A DNA stretch of 64,000 nt from Anthoceros angustus. Taxonomy: Eukaryota; Plantae; Anthocerotophyta. Positions 12,609-25,439 of this stretch are shown here, in pieces. The first letter of the stretch is position 1, and each line of letters opens with the position of its first letter. The stretch is from NCBI GenBank assembly GCA_010909165.1, contig MU008232.1, forward strand, positions 31,746-95,745. The letters are read 5' to 3'. The position numbers and the translations under genes are program-made. Below the pieces are notes generated by a model. It had not been told where the DNA came from and searched no databases. It was given only the letters and a program-made list of their open reading frames with translations.

Positions 12609-13935
12609 GGTGAAAAAGCGATGGGAAAAGCCCATCTAGGAGGGACAACAAAGGGACGGGGGTCGAGGTGAAGAGGAGCAAATAAGCTCCCTACCTAAAG
12701 TCACCTCACGCACAATGTCATATCACGGGGAAGAATAAGCGGCACGCAAACCACGGAGGTAGAGGAAGATGCTTCACCTCGCCCGCCTTGTGGAGGATCG
12801 CGTTGAGGCGCCGTTGAAGGGCAGTGAAAACCCGTTATCGGAAGTATCTTTGTAATACGAGAGGGCGACCATACCGTGTCTACGTGCATGGTAAGCTTTA
12901 CGCGGACTTGACAAATTTGTCAAAGTCCTCGACCATTCATCGTTCTAGTGCAAGCGGAATAAAGGTGGCCCGCTTGCATCGCTATATTCTGGACCTTGAG
13001 AGCCCGGCGGCCAACACAGGCCAGTTAGTGATGACTGGCGGAGATGGTGTCTCGTGTGGGATCGGTAACCACCACATACGCCACCCAAAACCCTAGTCGC
13101 GCCACGGACAAAATGCAGTCGGCCGTATGATTGAGCGACTGTCACGGAGTATACATCCCCTCCATGCCATGTGGGCTTTCCATGACGATGGCGAACTGTA
13201 CATCGCGGATGGCGTCGTGAGTGTGATCGATGACCCCGTAGGGACAACGAGCAAGGTGTACCCCGGAATCATCGAGGCGAGCTTTCACTAGTAAGGGCGA
13301 AGAAGCCACAGTGGAGCAAGACGGAATCGCATCGCAATAGTGAAGGTGGTTGGTGCGATGTGAAAACCCCGTATGCATGGGCGGGCCAGCCAAGCACTGC
13401 GCCCTTCCCGAGAACAAAAGGCGGCCGCCTTGTGGACACAGGGATGGAGGGTCTGGAGGCGGTGGAAAGCTGGCGGGCGCTTCTCGGCGAGATGCACAAC
13501 CCCTGAAACCATCGAGTAATAAATGTCGAGAAAGGAGGAAGTCCTTGAGCATCCGCGATAACATGTCCCTAGCTTGCCTCAAGGGACGTTTGAGAGAAGG
13601 TTCCCTCCTCCACACGATAGATCCTCGAGAAAGGGCTGTCATGGAGGATGAAGAGAAATAAGCGAGGAGAGAGCCCAGAAGCCGCGGGGAAGAGACCTCC
13701 AGCGAGGCAGACTGTGCCTCAAATTGCAGTAGGGGCTGCAGTGAGCGAGATCGCCCATAGGGCACTCAAAAGCCACAGGCCAGGATGTCCCAGGTATCCA
13801 TAATCTTCCTATCAAACCCATGGCAGGACAAAAGTGTGAGGGGACGGAGGCAAGCGTCTGGATGAGGTAACGGGCGCCTAGCAAAACAAGAGGAAAGAAT
13901 TCAAGGCCACATGCATCCATTACATAAAATTGCAA
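12609..13935 (-). mobile_element. 5'-truncated non-LTR retrotransposon, restriction-like endonuclease (RLE; CRE-like) C-terminus
   Basis: Minus strand: LDDSGVHLARCPYG...THDAIRDV (zinc-finger region), ADCIL, (Y)VVVTDPTRD, FIPLALE, YFR*RVFTALQR. These are typical CCHC+RLE motifs in the expected order. Confidence 0.7.
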
Positions 13936-14129
13936 CAGTATAACGAGGGCAAGTGGGAAATTATTAACAATGCTTGTGAGAGGGGTGTACCGGAAGGGTG
14001 AGAGTAGGAAGAGAGTGCAGGTTCTATTAAGATACGTACCAAGGGGCAGAACTAACAGAGCAATATGAGCCTCAAAACATGTTGCATGTGGAAGTGTAAC
14101 AAAAATTGCAACATCAGTATATAGGGTGC

Positions 14130-15230
14130 CCTTTTGAGGTTTAAATCGGTGAACCCAAGCTGATCTTATGTCTCCTCATCATCAAGTTGACTCCCATCCG
14201 AATCGATGGCACACTGGGCATCAAGCAACTGCAACAACTTCAATTTTGGGTGCCCCAAATCAACAAGCTCGACCACGTTTACCTCCATTGGCCGCCTTCT
14301 GGTCCCCCATTACGCCTCGGGGATTCCCTGATGGCCTCCTTACAATCTTCTTGCGGGATCTCGGACTCACATAGCCAAGTGCCTCAAGTTGACCACAGAT
14401 TCTCGGTCAAGCAATGCGTCGTGGCCCGGAGATCTTATAAAAGGTTTCCTCCCGTTTGCAACCACGTTGGTTGATTCCGACCTTATTAGTAAACTCCGAA
14501 TCCATGGTCCCTCCTATCGGTGGGACTCCATACCCGGCGGAGCAACAACCTCTGGCTCCGCCACCTTCTTCCTCGAATGCCGGGTGAGCCTGTTCAACTC
14601 ATCCTCTAGCATCGCCGCCACTTCGCGGCTGATGTCGGGAGGAAACGCTGATCGTTCCTCCCCCTCATTGGGCTCTTCCACGTTTAGCCCCTACATGGTG
14701 AGGCTGCCAGGGTGCCAGATCTGGTAGTGAGTCGCCCACCCGCCTCGGTAGGGTGGGTCCGTTCCCCCCGTTCTTCGAACGGTTTGACGCCCCGCGTCTC
14801 TTGAGGCCAAGGCAAGTCATCCCTCACCTTCCTCCTCTTCCTCTCCTCCTGTTCGCGTCGTTTCTCCGACTTTCGGCCCTTCTCCCGCCGCTCCGATCTG
14901 GTGATCACCTTGGCCACCAACAATCCTTCATCTGCGCTCATCTCTCCTTTGTACCCTTCTTCCACGATCCTTGATGTCACACTGGATTCATCGAGAAGAT
15001 CGAACTCCGCTTCCACCTTTAGCACGGGCATTGTGGTCACGGTGATCGCGGTTTTGGGGTTGGTCTGTGTTTCCTCCGCCGCAGGCTCCGTGAACCTGAC
15101 CCCTAGTCGCGCTGGTGCCACTCACGCCATGCCCGAACACCTTGGATCTCCCATCTTATGCCCCAATTCCTTGCATACGGCAAAGGGCACATAACCCACT
15201 TGCTTTCGAGGTTCGGGCAATCATTCGAGT
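14130..15230 (-). mobile_element. Ty3/gypsy gag-protease remnant
   Basis: Zinc knuckle-like VCKELGHKMGDPRC (~15140-15185), a charged linker (ORF 14684-15121), and a frameshifted aspartic-protease-like IDS.G...GVNLM near 14200. Confidence 0.55.
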
Positions 15231-15233
15231 AGT

Positions 15234-18200
15234 AGTTAGAAATAATAGCGAGACCACGTTGGTTCCGTTACCAATTGGTTAGTCGACTAGACGGCAGTTA
15301 GTCTAGGTAGTTAGCTAGGCTAGCAAAAGGACACACCCCTTACGAGACCACCTATAAAGCCCACCTATGAACACACTTGATTCATTATTAATATAGCATC
15401 TTTGCTTAAGGCGCTTCGCATGCAATTCTAACTTGGTATCGAGCCTCGGCTCCTACCATGGTCTCTAGGTTCAATGGCTAGACTTTGCGTATCATTACCT
15501 AGGTGAGCCATGGACTTTTGAAGCTCCATTTGCTCGCTCATGGTTAGAAGAAATTGATCGTTGTTTTGGATAGCAGTTGGTTCTACGACCACAAAAAGGC
15601 AGCTACGATGGGGTCCCCATCGTCGCTTCCATGCGACTTGATAGAAGAGCTTTCTCAAGCCTCGCAATGAATTTAGTTCTTCTATATTTATAGAAATTAA
15701 ATTTTATTGTCTTCTATTTTTAATAGAGGTTTAGAAAAAGGAAGAAAAACATGTAGAAAAATGAAAAACCAATTTTCTATTTATTTTCTTGCCTCCTTTC
15801 CTATCTACATGCCCATGGGATTTGATTGGGTGTAAGTAGCCTGGTCCTTAAGATGGATAGAGGGGGAGAGGAAGCCTCAAGGTTTTCTCTCTACTAACAT
15901 CTATCCTATTGACCATCTTACATTCTCTTATCTCCTAGCCACTAATCTCGGCAAGCATGGCAGGAATCGTCGCTCTCGGCCCAAGCACGGCGCATTGGAG
16001 GATAGGGAGGCGATCCCGCGCACCAATCAGCGAGATCACTCGAGGTTTGGCTTCACTCAAGCACCTCGCCATTACGAGATGTTCGGCGAGGTGGGTGGAT
16101 GCCCTCTTCCATACCTTGCAAGATCAAGGGTGGTCTCCGCCATCGAGTTCCATCTTTATCGTCCGAGGGCATCGAGATCACTCGAGTGCGCTTGAACCGT
16201 CAACATCGAGAGCACAAGAGCGATTGAGAAGATCGATTCTGTCTCAATCTCATTATTCTAGCCAAAATTCATCACGGAGAGGTGCTTCTCAGGCGCCTTG
16301 ATCGGCTCGAGCCCCCCAGCATCTGGTTTCATCATGACCGAATCGCCGAGGAATTTTGTGGATTGGGCGGAGGCGGCGATAATTGATCGTCACGAATCTC
16401 GCAATTTCGGCTCGACGAGAGAGGGAGGCGAGATCTCCTCAGGCCCCAGGCGCCCCATCTTGGAGTCGCCATCGACAGGAGGCGCGCTGCGGTGATCTCG
16501 CCGTCCGCCATCCTCGCCGACCTCGGAGGTTGGCTCGGCGAGGCGCGCCTTGGCGGAGGCCCGCCGCGGCCTTCGCCAGCGGGTGTCGCGCCCGCCGGCG
16601 TTATCAACAAGTTGGATAGCAGCGCCCCGAGCAGGTGCCACCGTTCGAATGTAAGCGCCCGTTCGGCGGAGCGTGCGTTCAGCGAGCAGTGTCACCCGTT
16701 CATCGAGCAGGGCCCCTAATTCTTTTCTTCGCTCCTGTTAATTGTTTTCGGGCTCTTTTCCAGTGGTGGCGATTTTGGTGGCGATCCTTCTCAACTCCGG
16801 CGGCTCTTGGCTGTCGAAGTGTGCCTCCTACACGATTTCAACAGCGGGGACATCGTCAATACTGCCATAAGTCAGTTGAGGAGGAACCAAGATCGTCCTC
16901 TCGCTTTCGAGACTTTGGGCGCCTACAAGGAGTTCAAGTACAGCGAGGCCCAAGCCGCTCGCACCGAACGCTCTCTCCATTATCAAAATCTTTGGCGATC
17001 GATCACCCACCCATGAATGTTCTTTGGCATTGGGCATTGAGTCAGCTTTGATAGGCGAGTGCTCTAAACAATTTTGGAGCAGGATCCGGTGATGCGTTGT
17101 AGGTGGGCGGGTGTGAGTGTGTTTGCTTTGAACTCTCACTGGAAAATTTTTGCTCACACACTACTTGTGTTTTGAGCCTTGTGTGTCAACACGCTTTCGT
17201 TTACACAATTGTGGAGCCAAGGATTTGACCATGTCGAGGCACTCCACCACCACCTCCCATCTCGGCTCACATAATTAATGTTATGAGCGTCTCTCGACTT
17301 CAAAGAGAGATAGGTTCAAGGACCAAATATGAGATTTGGTCTCGGCGGATGAAAACGGACTCTCAACCGCGATCTTCTCCCGGTGGAGGTGTTTCCCCAA
17401 AGCCTACCGCACCTCGGTCGATTGATGTGTGGCTCAAGTTGGATCGTCAAGCCATGCAAATCGGTTTTACGGCCTTCGAAACCACCTCTGCACACCGATG
17501 GTGCGACTTCAGAGGCACAGGCGGATCAATGACATCTATCAGCGAATGTGATGACCTTGGTCACCGTCGACAAGAGTTTTACACTCTTGGATGCAACAAG
17601 GTGATAGTATTGCCCATCACGTGAGCGATTCGGTACCTTCGGGCACAATTGGTGCACTTGGGACTACAATGTCGAATTTGATCTTGCTATCCAACCGGCT
17701 AGCCTTCCGGCTAGTTATCGATCGTTAAATCTCTTCCCAAAACCGATCGGTCCGGACTTCTAGCAGCGATGGCTGGTGGACAATCCACCTAAGCGTATCG
17801 AGCTTGCTGGCGCCTCCTTGAGGAGGCATCCGCTTCAACTCCACATCTAAACATGGTGGAGGCGGTGATGTTTGTGACCGGTCACAAAATCAACAACGAA
17901 GAGAGAATAACCCGGAGAAACAACAACTCCGGCCATCAAAGGCACTCCTTCCTCTTCCTCCTCCAAGCACACCAAAAGCGTCAAGGGGCGTGCAATTGGT
18001 GTCGATCACCCGTGCTTGGGAGGCCTTGAGTGCGGGAAGAAGCGGTGAGTGACAGCGTGAGATCAAGGCGCTAATCTGACGTCTCCAAGGCCAGAGAACC
18101 GGTCAAGTCGAGATTGCTTTAGTGTGCTTGGTAGCTTGAGTTCATGACCTCACAGTTCTTTGGACTCATGACCAGCCCATATCTGCAGCTCCAAGCACAT

Positions 18201-19050
18201 GTTTACTTCCTACACGGCGACAACTGACACTCCACGTTTTGTGCTGTTGGGCGATGACTCCGGCCTTGCTATTGCTGGAGTTGGTTCCGTGACATTCACA
18301 CTGGAGGATGGTTCCTCCCTTGTGCTAAATAGTGTGCTCCACGTCCCGCAGATGGCTAAGAATTTGATTTCCGTTCGCCAACTTCTGCTAGATGGAGCTT
18401 TTCGGCTGGAGTTTGGACGTGAGGATTGTTTCCTCTATCGTTCCTCTCAGCCAAGGCAAGTTGTAGCGAGGGCAGCCCAGCGATGATCTCTACATCTTCA
18501 CTGGCACCCCTGTGTACACTATACTTGCTGCTGTGGTAGCATCTTCTAAGGTTGCTTCACCACAGGCTCCCTCCATCCAGGAATGCCCTACTTTGGCATG
18601 TCGACTTGGGCACCTCAATCACCTTAGCTCCTTGCCATGACTCGGCGGGACTTGTATCGAGATAAGTTGCCCTCCTTGGCCAAGACACCACCTCTTTGTG
18701 AAGCGTGTGCTGCCAAGCGTGAGCTCTCCCTACTCTGGTCTTCACACTCATGGGGCTTCTTAGCCTTTGGAGTTAGTTCACGTAGACTTGTGTGGACCTC
18801 TCCCTCTTACTTCTTTAGGCATAGCCGCCATTTTATGACGATAGTGGATGATTATTCCCACTACTCTTTTTACCGCTTTGTCTCAAGAGTGACTCCTTTC
18901 TTTGTGTTCTCACCTTTTGTATCTATGGCGAGTTGCACCTTGGATGCAAGCGGTGCATCGAGATCCGACAATGCGGAGAACTCAGCAACCATCGATTCAA
19001 AGACTCATGAGGGCGTGGGATCTTGAGACAATTCAACTTCCCTACATACG
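15234..19050 (+). mobile_element. 3'-truncated Ty1/copia element (copia-2): 5' LTR, PBS, long leader, gag-PR-INT
   Basis: ~200-bp LTR AGTTAGAA...TTCTAACT (15234-15433); PBS TGGTATCGAGCC (15434-15445); gag YEIWSRRM/RRQEFYTL; PR region FVLLGDDSGLAIAG..VLHVPQMAKNLISV; INT RHFMTIVDDYSHY, RSDN. Confidence 0.8.
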
Positions 19051-22000
19051 TAATGGCGCTGGCCAATGGCGATCTTATGGCCATGGCGCGGGCTATATCG
19101 ATCGGAGGCAGCCCTTGCGTTGCAGAGAGGAATGCTCTGATCCTCTCTTCGGCCAGTCGAAGCATTCGCCAAGTTTATGGCGAGCGGAGGAGGAGGCTCG
19201 AGAATCGCTCTCCTTGAGAGGACGAATGGGAAGAGAATTTCCACTACCACAATCCCACAAGAGATTTTGGATTTGGTGGAGGAGGCATGAAGGCCAAAAC
19301 CAAGAACGGATGGAAGACGGACAACATCAAGGAGCTGAAGTGAGGCTCTTTGCCAAGATTGTCTTAGGATTGGTCAATTATCAGCGCACCTCCTACTTGC
19401 AATTTCCTGCAGATTCTTGTGGAAGATCACTCGAGGGGCCAAGCCGGGTTGGGGGACCATCATGTATGAGGCCTATATCCATCACAGGGAGAAACTCCTC
19501 AGACCCAACACGGTGGATGAAGGAGGAGAAAGGCCGTGCTATCTTAGCACCTATTTGGTGCACTTGTGGGAGACGGAGGGGCTCTCGACCAGCAAGGAGC
19601 TTGAGGATGCTTGGCATCCTTTCGAAATTATACACCTCAGGCCAAGCTTGGAGAGGCCTTTGCCCTTTGCTTTGAGGAAGACCATGGGAGCGAAAACCTC
19701 TTCAAGTGCCGCCGAGTGAGGAGGTGGGCGGCGCCGTGGGATTGCCGAGGTGGGGGATTTTCCTCACATGAGGAGCCTTGGAGGAGACCGGGAAATGCAG
19801 GCCATAGAAGGCCAAGTGGTGGTCTATGAGGCACTCCTACCACGGTAGGAGTGCAGCCTATCATGGTAGGAGGACAGCCTACCGCGGTAGGAGAGACAAC
19901 CCCAAGGGTGGGAGGATTCCCACCATCTCATGGGTGCCAGACAAGAGGCACCCGTCAACCTACCCTGGTAGCCAACCTACCGAGGTAGGCAAGCAACCAG
20001 TGGGGACTCAACCTGCGGTAGGCAGCCTGTAGGCAGGCAGCCCATGGCGGTAGGGAAGAGGAAGGAGGGGCCAGGCGCCAAAGGCTGCGCCTAGGCCACC
20101 ATCACCAGCTAGGAGGAAGGGGGATGGGACGCATGAGGCCTACCCCCTGCATGATGGCGACGCCAGATGCTGGAGATTTCCGGCACAAGACCCGGAGGCG
20201 GTGGGGCCTCTCGGAGATTTCGAGTGCAGCGAGGCACTTAGCCGAGTAGATCTGAAGGCGAGGGAAGTGACAACCTCCCTCTTGGCATGCCGGAGGAGGT
20301 CCGGTGAACAAGGCCTGTGGAGATGGCGGAAGGCAGCGGGACCAAGTGGCACTGAGGCCATGGAGTCGATGAGGCAGCCAAGTTGGGGAAGGGGAGAACC
20401 TCCGACCAAGTCATCATGGACCACCGGAGGAGGAGAAGGCCCCTGAGGGAAGCTGTCCCAAGCGGAGGAGAGGGCTGTTCGTGCCAGCCAACGAGACACA
20501 TGGAGGCAAAAGGCGGAAGACCATTTTGCCCAACTAGAGCAGGAGCGAGAAGTCGAGGCTCTAGGAGAGAAGCAAGCAATCCAGGTGGAGGCACAAGAGC
20601 AAGTGTTGGCCACCCAAGCCATCAAAATCCGGGACATGGAGGAAGAATTGCGGAGGACCCGGTTGAGTTTGGAGGTGAGGCGCGCACTGATCACCCAAGA
20701 CCTCCAAGTGCAAGGGCCGGAGCGTGAGAAGAATTCTTGGGAGGAGCGGGAGAAACTTGCCAAGCAAATGGCTGATTTGGAACAAAGAAGGTTCCAGAGG
20801 AGGAGCACCACAAGAAGATGGTGCAGGATGCCGGTGGTTAGGAGGAGAAGGTTTGGATTATGCCCTTCAATCGAAACTAACCAGCCAGCTCAAGGAAGCT
20901 AAGGAGGAGAATGTTGCCTCCATGTGAGGGTAGGAGAATTGACGATGGCAAGGGACGCCTACAAGGGTAGGTGTGAAGATGGAGAATGGCCCCGAGCTCG
21001 ATGACCTTCAAATGCAATACCACGAGGAGCCCATCTCCATATTAGGATATTGAAGGCCAACAATGAGGTGTTGCGCCAAGAGGAGGACTTTAGGTCCCCA
21101 TGATGATGATCGGAGGAGTCGCTAGTGCAGCGGAGGCCTCATTTTGACGAGGCCCGGTGACATGGACTCAGGAGTTCGGAGAAATAGGGACTGAGGAGAG
21201 ACCGCAAGGAAGGAGATGGCGGAAAGCAAGGTGGGAGGTCAGCCTACCCTTGCAGGAGGTCAGCCTACCCTCAGAGGTCACTCTACCAGTGGGTGACCAC
21301 CCATGCCCGTGGGTTGCCGACCTATTGCAGAGGGACAAGGACCTACGGACGTGGGTCCAGAGGAGGCAGAGGCCATGGGCCCGGCTGAGGATGGAAAGGC
21401 CAGGGGGACCAGCGACATGCCCCCTAGGAGAGAAGACAGGCGGTGGAGGGCAGCCCGGAAGAAACCAAGGACGGGCCCAACCCATCAAGGAGCAGGAAGG
21501 GGTGAGAAATTCCCTCACCCCACGGATAAGAGAGGAGCCGGGGCCCGAGAGGAGTCCAGCACAAAGAAGGCCCGGAAGAATCGGTGACAACATCGGTCGG
21601 CCGAATGGGGAAGGATCTTTGAAGAAATGCTCCATGATAGGTATGGACAAATCAACAATAGGAAGGGAGCCAAGAGGACCTTACCCGAGGAAGTCTTCAC
21701 GCTGAGAAAGAGGAAGGAGAACAAGGAAAGGGACCAACCTACCATGGTAGGTGGTCAACCTAGGTAGTGCCGGACTACGCAGAGGGTGACTTTGGAGGAG
21801 CGCGGCCGCCCGGAGCTGAAGAAGGGCCATTTGTGAACAAGGACGGGCGCGATTGCACAAGGATGCGAAGGATCGGGCGCGCCTCGAGAAGAAGGGGGAA
21901 AGATTTACACAGCCGAAAAGACGGCTAGGGAAGGGCCGAGAGCAAAAAGGGATGAGGAAGCCAATCAGCAAAAGATGCACACCCGCCCAGATAGGAATTG

Positions 22001-22450
22001 AAATTGGTCAAAGACCATAAATGTGCTTTAGATGAGAAGGATAAGGTAGGTTGAATAATTGACATAGGTAGAATTGCTAGAATAGAATTTACCTAGGATC
22101 AACCGGTCGATTTGGACGCTAGGACTTAAATCGTGGTAGGAAATTATAAAATATTTGGAAAGGTGGCTGCAATAGGTCACCCAAGGGAGGTTGTATGTGG
22201 AAGGCCTCCTATACGAGGAGGAGGATTTCACAAAGTAAAGTATCACATCTTCCATACTGTGAGTCCTTTGCTCCTTGTAAAGGAATTTGTTGGTAGCCAA
22301 CGCGTCTGGTAGAGAGGAAGTTTGCGGTGGTGAGTGCTTGGTAGAGGCTTGCTCCTGCGAGCATCTCGAGTTGCTCCCCTTGTGAATGGTTCTTTGTGAA
22401 ATTGCTTTGCTTTGGGTGTGTGGCGATGCCCAAGGAACTCGCTTGAGGCT
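19050..22450 (+). mobile_element. Fragment of another retroelement, probably a gypsy-type accessory ORF region with coiled coil
   Basis: Frameshifted long reading frame (GWGTIMYEAYIHH...CYLSTYLVHLW; heptad-rich MEAQEQVLATQAIKIRDMEEELRR) followed by an AT-richer non-coding segment. No RT or INT seen. Confidence 0.4.
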
Positions 22451-22639
22451 AGACTACAGGAAAGACTCCAGGTTCTTTGTCGGTGTCAAACTCAACCAGC
22501 CCAAGGAAGAACTTGGGCTGACCCGGTTGTGCGTGGAGGCGGCCAGGCCGGTGAGCTTGAATTGAGGTTAGATTAGGAGGAGGATGAGGAGATGATTTGA
22601 GCATTGAGGAGAATGATGAGTGGATGATGAGTAGAGGAT

Positions 22640-22880
22640 TAGAGTGTAGGCCATAGTGGAAGGCCACAAGCCTAAGGATGAATCCCAAATGCAAGTGAGA
22701 GGCGCTCTCCACATGTGGAGAAGATTGGTCTTAGAAGAAGGGACGAAATTGCGGTGTGGGTCGGGGGTCCTTGGGCGCGTGATGCACTCCCTTAAGGCAT
22801 AAAAGTGATATTCAGCGATGCATCGCTGGGACCTATACGAGCATGAGAGCGAGCAAGAGAGACGCCGAAGATAACTTCCA
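22640..22880 (-). pseudogene. Degenerate copia RNase H C-terminal remnant, interrupted by copia-3
   Basis: RCIAEYHFYALREC...NFVPSSKTNL...SLGL resembles the KHI..YHF.RE...FVPS..N.AD...LGL end of copia RNase H. Confidence 0.45.
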
Positions 22881-23568
22881 TAAGTGATCAAGAGACTATA
22901 AAAGAGTTTTTGTGTGTAACTGCTTTTATGACCTTAATAAATGACTCTATTAACTTAAGTTGAATATCCGTTGAGTTAGGGTCCGAAACCCTAACGGAAT
23001 GTACTCCCCTCGCACCTAACTCAAAAGGGATCATCCTGTTTAGAGCGGTCCGAGGCGTGACGCCATCTCCACGAATAAAGACTGAGGCTCGAATCGCCAC
23101 TCATGAACTCCATGGCGGATCCTTGCTTGCGCTCACTGCGCAAGAGCTACGCAATCGCCGCGACTAGCCTTGTTGGATCCGATGTCCGCTAAGCTTGAGG
23201 CGCGACACCACAAGCGGGAGGCCATGCAAAGGTTGGCCTTTGTGAGGAGAAGGCACTTGCTGCTGGAGAGACACAGGTCGAAGTCCCGGGGAGAAAACAG
23301 AGGGCCACTAGAACCTTCTCGCGCTTGCATCAGGGTGGCGAGAGAAGCGGCGGGATCTTCATGGCGGTGAGCTGCCGCTTACCAAGAACCACAGGTAGGG
23401 TCCGAAGCAAAAAGGGGTGATGAGGCAGCGGTCCTAATTGTATTACCTTTATGCTTCATCGGGGTGCTTGTGATGTGTGTATGTGTAGGCCTCGCCCAGA
23501 TAGTCTTTAAGGTCACACAGAGGCGTTTGCGAGGATGCCCAAACTCAGCGGTGACGTCCTAGCTCAGC

Positions 23569-25130
23569 CTACTCGCCATGAGCCCATGTTATCGCTGGTT
23601 GAGATAAGTCCTGACTTCTTAAGCCTAGGGAGCTTCTGTGTTGCTCATGTGTAGCTTTTGGGAGGCCCTTAGTCAGCAGGTCTGCAACGTTATCTGATGT
23701 ATGAACATATTGCAACTTGATAACTCCTGTTTCCATTGCTTGGCGGATAAAGTGAAATTGGATCTCGATATGCTTAGATCGAGCATGCAAGATGGGATTT
23801 GCAGTGAGTGCAATAGCTGATTGGTTATCGCATTGCAGTAGTGTTGCATCTGGTTGCTGCCAATGTATACCCTTAAGAAATTGCCTAACCCACATAATCT
23901 CGCGTGCAGCTAGGGACAGTGCTCCGTATTCAGCCTCGGTTGAGGAGAGGCTAACTGTGGTCAATTTCTTCGACTGCCAACTGATGGCTGAACCACAGAG
24001 AATCAAACAGTATGCAGCTATGGACTTACGTGAATCTACGTCACCTGCCCAGTCCGCATCCGAGTAGGAGGTGAGGGTTGAACTTCTGCTGCGGTATTGA
24101 ATAAAATAGTCCTCGAGTGCCCTTAAGATAGCGTAGGACTCTCTTCTGATCCGAGCTTCTGCGTGGTTAGCGAGGAAAGCGTGACACGACACCTACACTG
24201 AGAGATGTCGGCCCAACCAGCTAAGTATAACAAGCTACCCTGACTTCTCTATAGGGAACTTGAGCCATTTCAGCACAATCTGCAGGGGTAGTTGGACAGT
24301 CTTCTATAGATAGCCTATCTCCAGCAGCTATGGGTGTTGTGACTGGATGCAGATCTGTAAGGTTAAATTTAAACAGTAGTTGCTTGATGAAGTGAGACTG
24401 ATGGATTGTGACGCAGGTTCTATCTGGACTAAAATTGAATTGGATGCCCAGGGCAAATTTCATGGGACCCACATCTGTCATGTCCCACTCTTGGGACAGT
24501 TCATGCTTCATGTCCTTAAGAATTTGATCATCACTTGCAAAAGGAAGTTGTCGCCAACGTAAGGGCAATGATGCATAAGCTGCTGACCTCTTCAAGACAT
24601 ATACTCTGATCCGCCATAAGAGGTAAGAATCCAAGTTGTCGCAGCTTGGTTGTTGCCTTGTGTTCCGGATCTGAGGCATTGCTTCAGCCGTATATTGACC
24701 CGGTAATTTGCATACCTTTGCAGGATCACGAATGCCTCGCTCTGCGCATATAACCTCATCAAGAGGACCATTCAAGAAGAAGGCGGTCTTGACGTCTATC
24801 GATGGAATAGAAGCTTGTGCTTCACCGCATAGCATAAGAGTATCCTCATGGAAGTTGGTTTCACAACTGAAAGTTTCGTTGTAATCTAGACCATGCACAC
24901 AGTGTAGCTCTGGGCTACCATACGCCAAGCGAACGATGCCATGCCATCGGTGAAGTTTCAATTTGAACACCCATTTTGAAGTGATGGCCGCCTACGAGGA
25001 GGTAAGGTAACAAGCTCCATGTTTTGTTGTCAATTAGGCTTGCATATTCCGGAGTCAATAGCTTTCTTCCATTACGCCTTGTAAGGCCAACAAAGCTTCC
25101 TTATATGTGAGGTGTTTCGGAGGGTCAAGG
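23569..25130 (-). pseudogene. pol: copia-3 RT and RNase H (frameshifted)
   Basis: KWVFKLK, GLDYNETF, DVKTAF, MTDVGPMKFALGIQ, YSDADWAGD, EAEY, CDNQSAI, ADLLTKGL. Confidence 0.92.
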
Positions 25131-25439
25131 ATGGTTCTGGCCTGCAAAGACATTAGCTAGGCTAAGTTTGTATGTAAGTGGGTAAGGAACTAAAGTATCA
25201 CCAGTTCATAAGGTTTCTCTAACCACTCATGTCTAGGGCGATGAGTTCTGGTTGATCTTCGTAGAGAAGGTATCTCCTGTTCTATGGCAGGAAACTGTTT
25301 GGGTTCAATGGGACAGATAATAGCATCTAATGTATCTGGATCGTGTGCAGGAGGTTCTGTAGCTTGGGAATCATCCGACCTTTATAGGGTCAGGTTGTTC
25401 GTGCTACAAGAGGTGGTGGGTCGAGCAATGGAGGTAGAT

